DNA of 64,000 nt from Octopus sinensis (GCF_006345805.1 NC_043022.1:20026001-20090000); one strand, 5' to 3'; numbered from the stretch's first letter, positions 36,457 through 49,271 are shown. Numbers and translations are program-made. Notes: generated from the sequence alone by a model not told the origin.

Positions 36457-37767
36457 ATCATCATCATCGTCGTTTAACGTCCGTTCTCCATGCTAGCATG
36501 GGTTGGACGGTTCGACCGGGGTTCTGGGAAGCCAGAAGGCTGCACCAGGCTCCAGTCTAATTTGGCAATGTTTCTACAGCTGGATGCCCTTCCTAACGCC
36601 AACCACTCTGTGAGTGTAGTGGGTGCTTTTTACGTGCCACCTGCACAGGTGCCAGGCGGGGCTGGCAACGGCCACGGTCAGATTGGTGTATTTTATTTGC
36701 CACCGGCACGGAAGCCAGTCGAGGCGGTGCTGGCATCGGCCACGAGTCGGATAGTGCTTTTTACGTACCACCAGACCAGGATCCTGGCTGGTTCAATTCG
36801 ATTACGATTTCGCTTGCCCCAACATGTCTTCACAAGCAAAGGGGGTTGGCAAGGGTGCCTGTCGTACGGTCGCATTGGAGTATTTTACGTGCCACGGCCA
36901 CGAGTCGGATAGTGCTTTTTACGTACCACCAGACCAGGGATCCTGGCTGGTTCAATTCGATTTCGATTTCGATTTCGCTTGCCCCAACATGTCTTCACAA
37001 GCAAAGGGGGTTGGCATGGGTGCCTGTCGTACGGTCGCATTGGAGTATTTTACGTGCCACGGCCCCGAGTCGGATAGTGCTTTTTACGTACCACCAGGCC
37101 AGGGATCCTGGCTGGTTCAATTCGGTTTCGATTTCGATTTCGATTTCGCTTGCCCCAACATTTCTTCGCAAGCATGGGGGGTTGGGATGGGTGTCTGTCG
37201 TCGGATGAGGTTCTATATCGACTTCGCTTGCCTCAACCGGTCTTTGTGTCCAAGGGAGGAAAGGCATTCATTGGGCTGGGCTCACTTGTCCTGCCTGGTC
37301 TTCTCACGTACAGAATATTTCCAAAGGTCTCGGTCTCTGTCATTTCCTCAGTGAGGCCTAAAGTTCGAAGGTCGTGCTTCACCACCTCGTCCCAGGTTTT
37401 CCTGGGTCTACCTCTTCCACGGGTTCCCTCACTGCTAGGGATTGGCACTTTCTCACACACCTATCTTCATCATTCTCGCCACATGACCATACCAGCGCAA
37501 TCGTCTCTCTTGCACACCACAACTGATGCTTCTTAGGTACAACATTTCTCTCAAGGTGCTAACGCTCTGTCGAGTGTACACTGACATTACACATCCATCG
37601 GAGCATACTGCTTCATTCCTCACGAGCTTACGCATGTCCTCAGCAGTCACAGCCCATGTTTCGCTGCCATGTAGCATGGCTGTTCGTACACACGCATCAT
37701 ACAGTCTGCCTTTTACTCTGAGCGAGAGGCCTTTAGTCACCAGCAGAGGTAAGAGCTCCCTAAACTT
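36457..37767 (-). mobile_element. 5'-truncated RTE-clade LINE: ORF C-terminus (frameshifted) plus ~825-nt 3'UTR and (GAT)n tail
   Basis: KGRLYDACVRTAMLHGSETWAVT...RRLRWYGHVARM...GTRGRGRPRKTWDEVVKHDLRTLGLTEEM are standard RTE RT C-terminal motifs; single-base frameshifts; stop 37282-37284. Confidence 0.93.
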
Positions 37768-38071
37768 ATATATATATACACATCTATATACATATATACA
37801 TACATACATATATATATACATACATACATCTATATACATACATATATATAAACACATACATATACATACATATATATAAACACATATCTATACATACATA
37901 TATACATACACACATATATATAAACATACATATATATAAACACATATATACATACATATATATATACAGATATATACATACATATATATATACAGATATA
38001 TACATACATATATATATACAGATATATACATACATATATATACAGATATATACATACATATATATATACAG

Positions 38072-38122
<51 letters not shown>

Positions 38123-38278
38123 ATATATATATATATATATATACATACAGATATATATACATATACATACAGATATATATATACATATACATATATATAC
38201 AGATATATATATACATATATATACATATATATATACATATACAGATACATATATATATACATATACACATATTTACAA

Positions 38279-38317
<39 letters not shown>

Positions 38318-38545
38318 CACACACATATAGATATATATAGACATATATACACATCTAGACATATATATATATACATATATACACACACATACATATACAT
38401 ATATATACATACATACATACATATACATATATATACATACATATACATATATATACATACATATATATATACATACATACATATATATATACATACATAC
38501 ATATATATATACATACATACATATATATATACATACATACATATA

Positions 38546-38577
<32 letters not shown>

Positions 38578-38632
38578 CATATATATATATACATACATAC
38601 ATATATACATACATATATATACATACATACAT

Positions 38633-38681
<49 letters not shown>

Positions 38682-38693
38682 TATACATGTGTG

Positions 38694-38735
<42 letters not shown>

Positions 38736-38830
38736 ACATACACATATGTATATACACTTATACGTATACAAATGCATATATACCCACACATACACACATA
38801 TATATATATGTATATATATATCTACATATA
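37768..38830. repeat. ~1.06-kb compound (TA/TACA/CAGA)n microsatellite with higher-order units
   Basis: Direct inspection. Confidence 0.95.
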
Positions 38831-39264
38831 TCTAGCCAGTTTTAAATCACTTCTGTTTGTCTTTAGGCCCTACGTTGAGAAAGTGAGCGAATGTGAAACA
38901 TGAAACTTTAGAAACCAAAAACCAACGATGAAATAATCATGTACGCTTCCTATCAACACTGGCATGTTCTCAGTTGTGACTTTTCTTTCTAAATCAAAAG
39001 CACAACTTCAAAGACCTCAGTCGCAGAGTAGAATAAATTACAACAGAAAAAAAAACATCAGATTAAAAAAGCTTAAATTACTATTTCTTATAGATATATA
39101 TGCTATGATCATAAAATGATCCTTTGAAGAAAAATTTACAGTACTTTCAATGAATTGTTTGTGTTGGCGGCAGGCCACATAAAACGTTGCTGTGTACCCA
39201 AGGTGGTTTATATAAGGTTTGAAGAATAGAAACTCGATTGTCTGTCCTTTATTCTATGTAACAG

Positions 39265-39540
39265 GCGCAGGTATGGTATAGGTGCATGGGAGGCTGTGTG
39301 GTTAAAAAGCTTGCTTCTCAACCGTGTGGTCTTGAGTTCAGTCTCACTGTGCAGCACCTTGGGTGAGTGTTTTCTACTATAGCCCCCAGGCCAACCAAAG
39401 CCCTATAATTGGGTTTTGGTGGGCAAAAGTTGAAAGGAACCGCACATGCGCATGTGTGTGTGTATGTGTGAGCCCTTGTCTTGACATCACAGGATGGTTG
39501 TAAATAGTCACCATCAACATCATATAAGTGAGGTTGCTTG
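39265..39540 (+). mobile_element. SINE-A head with the alternative (RTE-tailed, A2) body, diverged
   Basis: Head as SINE-A, then CCCTTGTCTTGACATCAC..GATGGTTGTAAA, also seen at 46390-46610 ending in the RTE-type tail. Confidence 0.7.
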
Positions 39541-39545
39541 TTTAA

Positions 39546-39765
39546 CCCTTTCGTTACTGTATTTCTGTTGAGATGCTCTGTGTTTCTTTCAATTACTTTA
39601 AATATAACAAAGAATTTAGTAAAATAACTTAGTTATCATTAAGCTAGTGTTAGGAACATAAATTGTGACTAAGGTTTGGTGGAAGATTTTAACTGAAAAC
39701 TTATGAAAACAAGACATTTTTATTCAGAACCAGAGCCGGTTTCAGCCGGGTTGGTAACGAAAGGG
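39546..39765 (+). mobile_element. piggyBac-like MITE family 1, complete, 220 bp
   Basis: Perfect 12-bp TIR CCCTTTCGTTAC/GTAACGAAAGGG flanked by TTAA (39542-39545, 39766-39769). Confidence 0.93.
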
Positions 39766-39769
39766 TTAA

Positions 39770-40518
39770 AGCAGAGAGTCCATATAAGGTTTGGGGAGGT
39801 GGGGGTTTCACACAAGCAAAATAGTAAATTGAAGATCCACGAGAGTATATTAGCCATTTAATATTCACATTACTTTGTCAAATGTAGAATTTATGTATTC
39901 ACATCATTTTAAATTAATCATGCATTATTGCATTGCTCTCAGATTTTGAAGATGTAACAGTTTATTTTTAAAGGGACAGTATAGGGTAGGTGTGAAAAGC
40001 CAGATTTGACCAGTTTGAAGATAAAACGGGTAGAATATTTTCACAGGATATGGCTGGTTTAAATGTTAAAGGGTCCATGGCAAAGTTTGACTGAAGTGTA
40101 CTTCTTACAAGAAACAGCTTCCTTAATAGGAATTTTGAAAGCCGTTGCCAGCCTCGCCTGGCCCCCGTGCCGGTGGCACGTAAAAAGCACCATCCGATCG
40201 TGGCCGTTTGCCAGCCTCGTCTGGCACCTGTGCCAGTGGCACGTAAAAAGCACCCACTACACTCACGGAGTGGTTGGCGTTAGGAACGGCATCCAGCCGT
40301 AGAAACATTGCCAGATCAGACTGGGCCTGGTGCAGCCTTCTGGCTTCCCAGACCCCAGTTGAACCGTCCAACCCATGCTAGCATGGAAAGCGGACGCTAA
40401 ACGATGATGATGATGTATCAACAAAACTAAGTTTTAAATATCAAATAGCTATGGTCTCCACTAGAATAAAATAGTAATCCTGGGTCCATAGAGAGAAAAA
40501 AAAAGTTGAAAATCATTG
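39770..40518 (+). mobile_element. hAT MITE family 2 split by a TTAA MITE-2 (~39850-40073) and an RTE tail (40141-40415)
   Basis: The three remaining pieces rejoin to match 33241-33554. Confidence 0.75.
40141..40415 (+). mobile_element. RTE 3' terminal fragment, young
   Basis: GTGGCACGTAAAAAGCAC x2, GGTTGGCGTTAGGAACGGCATCC, CCATGCTAGCATGGAAAGCGGACG, (GAT)n. Confidence 0.9.
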
Positions 40519-40526
40519 CTCTGTAT

Positions 40527-40845
40527 TAGTAGTTTTCAAAAAGGGTCTATATAAGATTTTGGTGGGGTTCATGCTAGCAAAATAGTAAATTGGGGACTCA
40601 CTGTATTTGATGGAGGGTCCATAAAAACTTTTTGATTAAAATGTATTTATTGCAAGAAATGGCTTCCTTTCTCTCGTGTTTTATATAGATTAACCTACGC
40701 AAGTTAATGTGTGAATAACAAAGTAGGAATTTTGAAAGAAGTATCAATTAAACTAGGTTCTAAATATTGAATAGCTATGGGGGCCCACCAGAATAGAATG
40801 GTAATCAAAGGGAGTCCATAAGTAGAAAATGGCTGAGAATCACTA
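40527..40845 (+). mobile_element. hAT MITE family 2 (long variant)
   Basis: TAGTAGTTTTCAA...CTGAGAATCACTA; colinear with 33241-33554. Confidence 0.75.
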
Positions 40846-42147
40846 GTTTACTAGTCTCCCAAGAAAATCTTTGTCTGAGCATGAAGGAATATTACCTTGC
40901 TTGGAAACAATCGAAATTATAGCCAGCACTGATTTATTACAACATTTCATATCCAGATATGGCTAACATTTTATGTAAACAATTCAATCAAAGAATGAAA
41001 AAAGTAGCAAATGGGGTATATGCATATTTCAGGAGTTCTTGCTCCTTCTTCAGCATGAGGGTTTGGAGACAAGAAGGAAATTCCAGTCATAGAAAGTCTT
41101 TCTCAACAAACCATATCTGACCCATGCAAGCATGGGAAAAGGAGGTCAAGAGAACATATTGATGACGATGATGATGACAATGCTGCTTATGATGAGGAAG
41201 GTGATGACGACACTGCTGATGATCATCATGAAGATGCAGATGATGACGATGATGATGACAAGGAAGACAAGGAAGACAATGAAGACGACGATGACGGCAC
41301 TACTCTGCTGCTGATGATGATAATGACTATGATGATGAACTACAGGCATCTGCATATTACAGAAGTATTGTGTTCCTGAAAACCTTGCCATAACATAAAA
41401 TATTATTCCCCGGTGACTGACTCCCATACTCATCATGTTCACTGATTTTCATGTACCATGGAAGGCAAAGGAAAATAGGTTTCCTCTTACAGGATTCCAC
41501 ACAACAGCAGAATGTTCAGGAATGCAACTTTTCTGTAATTGGTAAAGGCTGATGATAACAGGCAGAGCATCCAACCGTAGAAAATCTCTCTGAACAAGTT
41601 ACATCAAACCAATATCAGCATGGAAACACAAACATAAAATTGAATAAATGAGGGTGTGTGTGTGAGTGTGTATGTGTTTGCAGTAGCATATATCTTTTGA
41701 GTGGTATGCTGATGGTAATGGCATATAACCATTCCATTTCTCATGCCGAGTGTGCTTTTTTGTTTTCTGACTTATGGGCAAATAAGCGATTAGTGCTAAC
41801 ACACAAAACTCTCGGACCTTGAGTCACTCTTGCTTCTGCTAAATATTAACATGTGTGTGTGTGTATATATATACATATATATATATATATGAGAGTAAGC
41901 ATGTAAACATGAAACAAGGTGGCAAAAATAGTACTCAAATACCGGAGGTAGAGTAATATGCTTTATTTTTGATTTTAGGTTTTCTTCTTTTTATGTTATG
42001 ATTTTAAGCTACAATTGTAATTTCATGAACCGGTCACTGAAAAAGCCATTAGTTGAAAGGACTAATGAAACAAAACCATTTTCAAATGTGTATCTATCAA
42101 GCTAATTGTATATTTATACATATAACCTTATTTTGTTCCATTCCAAA

Positions 42148-42194
42148 CAAAACTGTCCGACGAACAGGAATTTGAAACTCTGAGTGATAGTTTT
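42148..42194 (+). ncRNA. Degenerate minimal type-I hammerhead ribozyme fold, probably from a Penelope-like pseudo-LTR
   Basis: Stem I AAAACUGU/AUAGUUUU (8 bp, one G-U), core CCGACGA, stem II ACA-GGAA-UUU, GAAA, palindromic stem III ACUCUGAGU, triplet GUG. Confidence 0.5.
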
Positions 42195-42222
42195 TGTGAT
42201 ATTTTTGCTGCATTTTAATAAA

Positions 42223-42274
<52 letters not shown>

Positions 42275-42805
42275 GAGATGTACTTGCACAGCAAGTGATT
42301 TGATCTGAAACAAAAACAAATGCAGCACAAAGTTTTGTCAGTGAACAAGTTACTGTTTCAAAGCGATGAAAATACTTAGACACAAATCTAATTTAAATGT
42401 TGAAGTGAATTTAACGGTTTTTTTTGTGTTCTTAAATGGCTTATAAACATCTTCCCTGCTGCAATTGTGTGTGTGTGTAGTAATTCCTGGATGTACGACT
42501 GCTACAGGTTAATTTAGAGACCCACGTAGAGTATCATCATCCAGTAGTCATGTGGCTACTACTGTGATTAGTAGTATTACTAGTTATGTGAGACAGAACA
42601 AAGGCAAGAGAAATTATGATAAACACAAGATGCAGTTTATGGCATTTGCTCCCTTTACATCATCTGTAGTGGATGTTCATAGTGCAATTGGGCAATTGGA
42701 TGCAGATTCTTCTAGAAAACACTTATTTCATTATGTTGAAACAGATGAAATGCTTCAAATAAAGCCTTTTCATATGAATATGTGTGTGTGTGTGTGTGTG
42801 TATGT

Positions 42806-43120
42806 GCATGGCTTAGTGGTTAGGGATATACAGTTCAGGATAATTTCCTGAGTTCAGTTCCCAGCAGCGCAATGTGTCTTTGAGCAAGACACTTTATTTC
42901 ATGTTGGTCCAGTTCACTCAGCTGGCAAAAATGAGTCGCGCCCGTAATTCAAAGGGGCCAGCTTTGTCACATTCTGTGTCATGCTGAATCACCCTGACAA
43001 CTAGGTTAAGGGTACACGTGTCTGTGGAGTGCTCATACGGTGGAACATTAATTTCACAAGCAGGTTGTTCTGTTGATCGGGTGAACTGGAACACTCGTCG
43101 TCATAACCAACAGAGTGCCA
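42806..43120 (+). mobile_element. SINE-C, full-length
   Basis: tRNA-like head TGGCTTAGTGGTTAGG ... GAGTTCAGTTCC, TTGAGCAAGACACT core, CACTCAGCTGGCAAAAATGAGT; matches 25710-26257 in reverse. Confidence 0.85.
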
Positions 43121-43637
43121 GTTTTGTTCGTGTGTGTGTGTGTGTGTAAAAAACATCAGTCATTATCATCAGCATCATTTTAACATTTAGCCCATGCAAG
43201 CATGGAGAAAAATTTTGCTTGGGTTGGATTAAAAACAATAATGATAATATGCATACAGGTGTGTGTGTGTGTGTGCGTGTGTGTGTGTGTGTCTCTCTCT
43301 CTCTCTTGCAGCAAAAATATCACAAAAACTATCACTCAGAGTTTCAAATTCCTGTTCGTCGGACAGTTTTGTTTGGAATGGAACTCATACAGGCCTGAGT
43401 CAAAATTCTCATCTTCTCATCACAGGAACCAGTCAAGCCTTGGCTTTGGTAGAAGATATTTGCCCAAAGTACCTCATAGCAGTATCAATTGAAGAACTAC
43501 ATGGTTATGAAGTGTACCATCCCTACTTACAAACTTCGTTAATCATTTTCTTAGACAACCACTACTTATCTTGGACTCTGTTTGTATCTGTGTTTGTCTT
43601 TTTGGAGGGGGAGCACAAGATTATAAATTTAATATGA

Positions 43638-44255
43638 GTGCAGGAGTGGTTGTGTGGTAAGAAGTTTGCTTCGCAACCCACACGGTTCTGGGTTCAGTCT
43701 CACTAAGTGACACCTTGGAGAAATGTCTTCTACTATAAATTTCTTTACTGCCCACAAAGGGCTAAACATAGAGGGGACAAACAAGGACAGACAAAGGGAT
43801 TAAGTCGATTACATCAACCCTAGTGCGTAACTGGTACTTAATTTATCGACCCCGAAAGGATGAAAGGCAAAGTCGACCTTGGCGGAATTTGAACTCAGAA
43901 CGTAATGGCAGACGAAATACGGCTACGCATTTCGCCCGGCGTGCTAACGTTTCTGCCAGCTCACCGCCTTCAAATGTCTTCTACTATAGCTTCAGGCTGA
44001 CCAAAGCTTTGTGAGTGGATTTGGTGGATGGAAACTGAAAGAAGCCCATTGTATGTATGTATGTATGTGTGTGTGTCTGTCTGTCTCCCACCAGTGTTTG
44101 ACAACCAGTGTTGTTGTGTTTACATCCTCTAACAGTTCATCAAAAGAGATCCGATAGAATAAGTATCAGGCTAAAACAAAAAAGTACATGCAACTAAAAT
44201 TCTTCAAGGCAGTTCCCCAGCATGGCCACAAACTAATGACTGAAACAAGCAAAAA
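43638..44255 (+). mobile_element. SINE-A with a young SINE-B (-, 43738-43971) inserted
   Basis: Perfect 17-bp TSD AAATGTCTTCTACTATA at 43721-43737 and 43972-43988. Confidence 0.95.
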
Positions 44256-44498
44256 CCAAGATAAGAGATCAATTACAGTTAACTGACTATTATTAGTCGT
44301 TTCATCAATGAAAACCAGTCACCAATCGAATTTTCAGATTTGGTTATGAACAGTATTTGGTTGTTAGTAGGAGCTGCACACTGCTGTTGCTTTACTGATA
44401 AAACATTTGTCATCATGAATACCTTTTCTAACTCTTTTTTGTACAGACAATGATGATGATGACAACAAAATGATATCACTGAATGGATATAATAAAGA

Positions 44499-44915
44499 TG
44501 GCACGTAAAAAGCACCCACTACACTCATGGAGTGGTTGGCGTTAGGAAGGGCATCCAGCTGTAAAACACTGCCAGATCAGACTGGGCCTGGTGCAGCCTC
44601 CTGGCTTCCCAGACCCCAGGCAAACCGTCCAACCCATGCTAGCACGGAAAGCGGACGTTAAACGATGATGATGATAATGACAACAGAGATGATGTTGCAT
44701 GTAATGATAATGGTAGTGATCATGATGGTGCTGGAGATGATAAGGATGATGATGATGGTGGTGGTGATGGTGGTGGAGATCATGACGATGATGGTGGAGA
44801 TGATATTAATGATGCTGGTAGGGAGGCTGATAATCGAAATGATGATGATGACGACAGATGATGGTCATGATGATGATGATAGGGAGATGATGATTATGAT
44901 ATGATGATGATGATG
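44499..44915 (+). mobile_element. RTE 3' fragment (44499-44675) continuing into an extended (GAT/GGT)n tract
   Basis: Near-identical to the other young RTE tails. Confidence 0.9.
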
Positions 44916-45275
44916 GATAGAATTGGTTCCAGTGTAATCAATATGAAAATGAACAGGTAGCAGTGACAGAGACAAACAGACAGATGTACAAGTGAAAGCT
45001 CGTACATCTCAACATATACGAGTGAATGCTCAACACGTACGAGTGAAAGCTAAAGAGAACATGCTTAGTGAAAAATCTGCACGCACGCAGATGCACGTAT
45101 GCACACACAGAAATGAGAGGGAAAAGAGATGATGATGAGAGAGAGAGAGAGAGAAGGGGAGAGAGAGCAAAAGATAAGGGTGTTTTAGTAGCAACATTTA
45201 TATTTGTACTGCTTCCAATAGTCACCATTTAAATGCAGTTTTTAGAACTTGGGTGAATGCAGAGTCTGATGACAA

Positions 45276-45306
<31 letters not shown>

Positions 45307-46389
45307 GTTATCATTATTGCTTGCAAATGAAGATAATGAAAGCAATTTGTCTTAATGACGTAAGCATTTCTTCAACGAAGCAAAACTGATTTAACTTGTC
45401 AATATGACATGATTCTTCAATTTTGCAGAAAGTTTAAAACTTTAAAAAAATTAGAAAAAAAACCCCAGGAAAAACAAAAACAAAAAAAGAAACCAGCCGT
45501 TGAGGAAGATTTGAAATATTAAAGTGTTAAACCTTGAAATATAGAAAATTTAAATAAATAAACCAGCGAATTCTAAAAACAACATCAACATTGAACCAAT
45601 GAAATGAGGGGGTGGTCTCTACATGGTCAATTCAACTTGCAGGTAATAGCAACCAAATATATCCCAACCATGTGGTGTTGTGTTCAGTTCCACTGCACAG
45701 CACCATAGGAAAGCGTTGTCTACAAAAGCCTTGTGAGTGGATTTGGTAGGCGGAAACTGAAAGAAACCTGTTGTTCCCCACAACATACCCATTCCCTCTA
45801 CCTGTGCACACTCACTACATTCTCTCCATCTTGCATCTTCCATCTCACATTCTTTTGCAATCTCAAGAACTTACTCACCCACCCACTTAGCCTCTGCAAT
45901 CCCCGGTCCACTTCCAATAGACACTTTTTTGTAATTGGGTGGGAGTGCCCACCACCACCGTCTCATCTTCACAATCTTTTTTCTCTCTCATCCTCCACCT
46001 GAAGTAGCCATGTTCCATATCTACTGCAAGACATCTTTTTCTGTTCCTTAATCCTACTCTCCTTGTCTCACAAGTTACTTGGTGCCCTTGCTAGTGCTGA
46101 TGCCACATAAAAAGCACCCAGTACATTCTATAAAGTGGTTGGTGTTAAGAAGGGCATCCAGCCAAAGCAAACAGCAAAGCTTGGTGCAAGCTTCTGACTT
46201 GCCAGTTCCTGTTGAACCATCCACCCCATACCAGGATAGAAAACAGATGATGATGATGATATGTATTGTATGTATGTTCTCTTTCTCTTTGAATGGCCAC
46301 CTACTTGGAAGCAAGGTTGTGAAGGACCTTCAGAATGTCTTAAAGATTTTAGTAGTCCTAGATTATCATGATATATGTGAATGTGTGTG

Positions 46390-46610
46390 TGTGTGTATGT
46401 ATGTGTTTGTGTAGACCCTTATCTAGACATCATATAATGGTTGTAAATGAACATCATTGTTATACACGTGGGGTTGTTCATTTCCAGTCTTCCATGAAAA
46501 ACATCTGGTCATGGGGAAATAATACCTGGCCATAGAAATTCTGCTTCAACAAACTCCATCTGACACATACAAACATGGAAAAGTAGGCATTAAACGATGA
46601 TGATGATGAT
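46390..46610 (+). mobile_element. SINE-A2 3' part with RTE-type tail
   Basis: CATTTCCAGTCTTCCATGAAAAC...CATGGAAAAGTAGGCATTAAACGATGATGAT. Confidence 0.7.
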
Positions 46611-47182
46611 ATATCTGTGTTGACCAAATGAAATTTGACAATGTCATTCTAATTTAAATATAAGCATTTTATTACCAAAATCTCAGACAATTTGGTATTA
46701 AAATCATTGAAAAATAAATTATTTGATTATATCATTGTATAAAAAACATTGAATTTACAACTGCAGATACTGGTGGATGTATTGGAATTTCTCTCTAGAA
46801 TTGCAGTGAGTTCTTTAACATACAGATGGATAAATGGTGGAGAGGGCAGACAATTTGAAGAAAAAAAATCTAATTTCAACCAAACCGAATGGTGTTATCT
46901 GCAAAGAAACGGATAAATATAGTCATGGCCTAATATGTTTATCGTGACCATCACCAGGTATTTATCAAAATAGTGTAAGAAAGCAAAAAGAACTGATAAG
47001 CGCATATGGATAGAGCAGAAAATATTAGGTGAGTGCTTAACCAAAGAACATATACATGTGCATATATGTATACGTGTATGTACATGTACATAGGTGTGTG
47101 TGTGTGTGTGTATTACTGTTGTAGAATGATCCATTATCAGTGCTCGGCCTACTGAACACATATGTCAGTGAATTTGTGTATG

Positions 47183-47213
<31 letters not shown>

Positions 47214-47929
47214 ATATATACATACATACATACATACATACACAAAGAGAAAGAGTAACAAAAACTGATAGAGAAAACTGGGAAAGACAGTCAAACAAAT
47301 AGCAGAAGAAAAAGCTGTCTGTATTTGTATATGCGTATGTATGAATAAATATATGCAAACCACACACACATCTCTATCCCTATATATAAACCAAACACAT
47401 ATATATGCACACACATTCACCTCTCACCTGATATATGTATATAAACATATATATGTGCACACACACACAGAGTTAGAAATGTACAGACACACACATGTAC
47501 ATGATCATGTATGTTATATGTATGCATGTGTATAATATATATATATATATATATATATAATGTACAGATATTGCCAAGTGACTTAGAAGTTCACTTTGCA
47601 ATCAAAACGGTCCATGTTCACTCCCATTACAAAGCATCTTTGACAAGTGTCTTTCTCTTACTTCAGATCAAAACAACATTTTGCCAGTGAAACTAGACTG
47701 ATCTAAACTGAGGCAGGACACCTGAAGAAGGACTGAACCTTTTTGAATTCAAACAACCAGCTTTGTCAAAAATTGTGCCATGCTAATTGTGCCAATAGGC
47801 TAGATTATAGGTAAATGTGTTTGTGGAATACTCAGCCATTGATATGGATGATGATGAATAAATAAATGCTTTGTAAGTAGTTGATTGAACTGGAACATTT
47901 ACTGTTGAAACCAACAGACGATTGGCCTA

Positions 47930-48020
47930 TTTATACATATATACATACATATATATATTTATATATATGCATGTATATATATATATTTATATATATGCAT
48001 GTATATATATATATATATAT

Positions 48021-48065
<45 letters not shown>

Positions 48066-48440
48066 GTGTGTATATATGTATATATATGTATGTATATATA
48101 TATATATGTATATGTGTGTGTGTGCATATATATATATATGTATGTGTATATATACATAGGTGTGTGTGTATATATATATGTGTGGGTGTGTATGTATATA
48201 TATATATATATATATAGATAGATAGATAGATATATATGTATATATATATACACATACACACAGACATAAATATACCTAAATATACACATATATACCCAAA
48301 CATATATAAACATCAACATTTATGTACACACACATATATATTGTACACATACATATATGCATACACACATACACACATATATATAAATATATTCATATAT
48401 ATATATAAATACACACACACACACACACCACACACACACA
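47930..48440. repeat. (TA)/(TG)/(CA)n compound microsatellite
   Basis: Direct inspection. Confidence 0.95.
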
Positions 48441-49052
48441 CACAAACCACACATATTGGTGTGTGTATGTTTTTGTGTCATTTCAAGCCAAGCAAACAAT
48501 GAATAAACATTCATCTCATTCATACATCATTTATACAAAACTAATTTGTGTATTAGTGCGAGACAGGTGCAATTTTTGCTTGTGTATATGTTTTATCGAC
48601 TGTGACATAATTTAAACATATTTATCATCCAGAAGATACACACATAAATATATACATGTGTGTGTTGGCAAGTAGATGGCTAATAAAATCGGTGCGTTAA
48701 ATGAAAAAAATATCTTGCGGTATTTAGTCAGCCGAGATACATCACTTAGGTGAATTTAGCCATTCAAAAAAATAAGTACCGGATATGTTGTTAGTGGAAT
48801 CGATATAAAAACTGACTGAAACCCTTCAAGATGGTGCCTTATCATGGATACCAGCCAATAACAAAAACTAGTAAAAGAATAAAAACCAATCAATTCTGAG
48901 GTGAATTCCAGAAGTTTTAGGACATTTTGAGGTGAGGCAGTTATGACTATCCAAGACCATTGTAATTTTAGTACAGCAATCTCTTGACTATCATGGGTGT
49001 TATATTCCAAAACCAACCTGTGATAGGAGAAAATCTGCGAAGTAAAAACAGT

Positions 49053-49271
49053 ACTCTCTCTTTACTCTTTTACTTGTTTTAGTCATTTGACTGCGGCCAT
49101 GCTGGAGCACCACCTTTAATCGAGCAACTCGACCCCAGAACTTATTCTTTGTAAGCCCAGTACTTATTCTATCGGTCTCTTTTGCCGAACCGCTAAGTGA
49201 CGGGGGACATAAACACACCAGCATCGGTTGTCAAGCAAAGCTAGGGGGACAAACACAGACACACAAACACG
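49053..49271 (-). mobile_element. SINE-A, young, 5'-truncated at its internal microsatellite
   Basis: Reverse-complement match to the 3' half of 12484-12880. Confidence 0.92.

Noticed and set aside
36738-37201. Regularly spaced repeats resembling a CRISPR array
   Set aside because: They are contiguous tandem units without unique spacers, inside an RTE 3'UTR, and there are no cas genes.
36449-38847. TTTTAAAT on both sides of the RTE plus microsatellite as a possible TSD
   Set aside because: An 8-nt A/T word is expected by chance here, and it lies ~1 kb from the RTE 5' end.
38860-38895. Possible 16-nt micro-exon (TCTTTAG|GCCCTACGTTGAGAAA|GTGAGC)
   Set aside because: Such short signal matches are frequent by chance in AT-rich DNA, and no neighbouring exons are identifiable.
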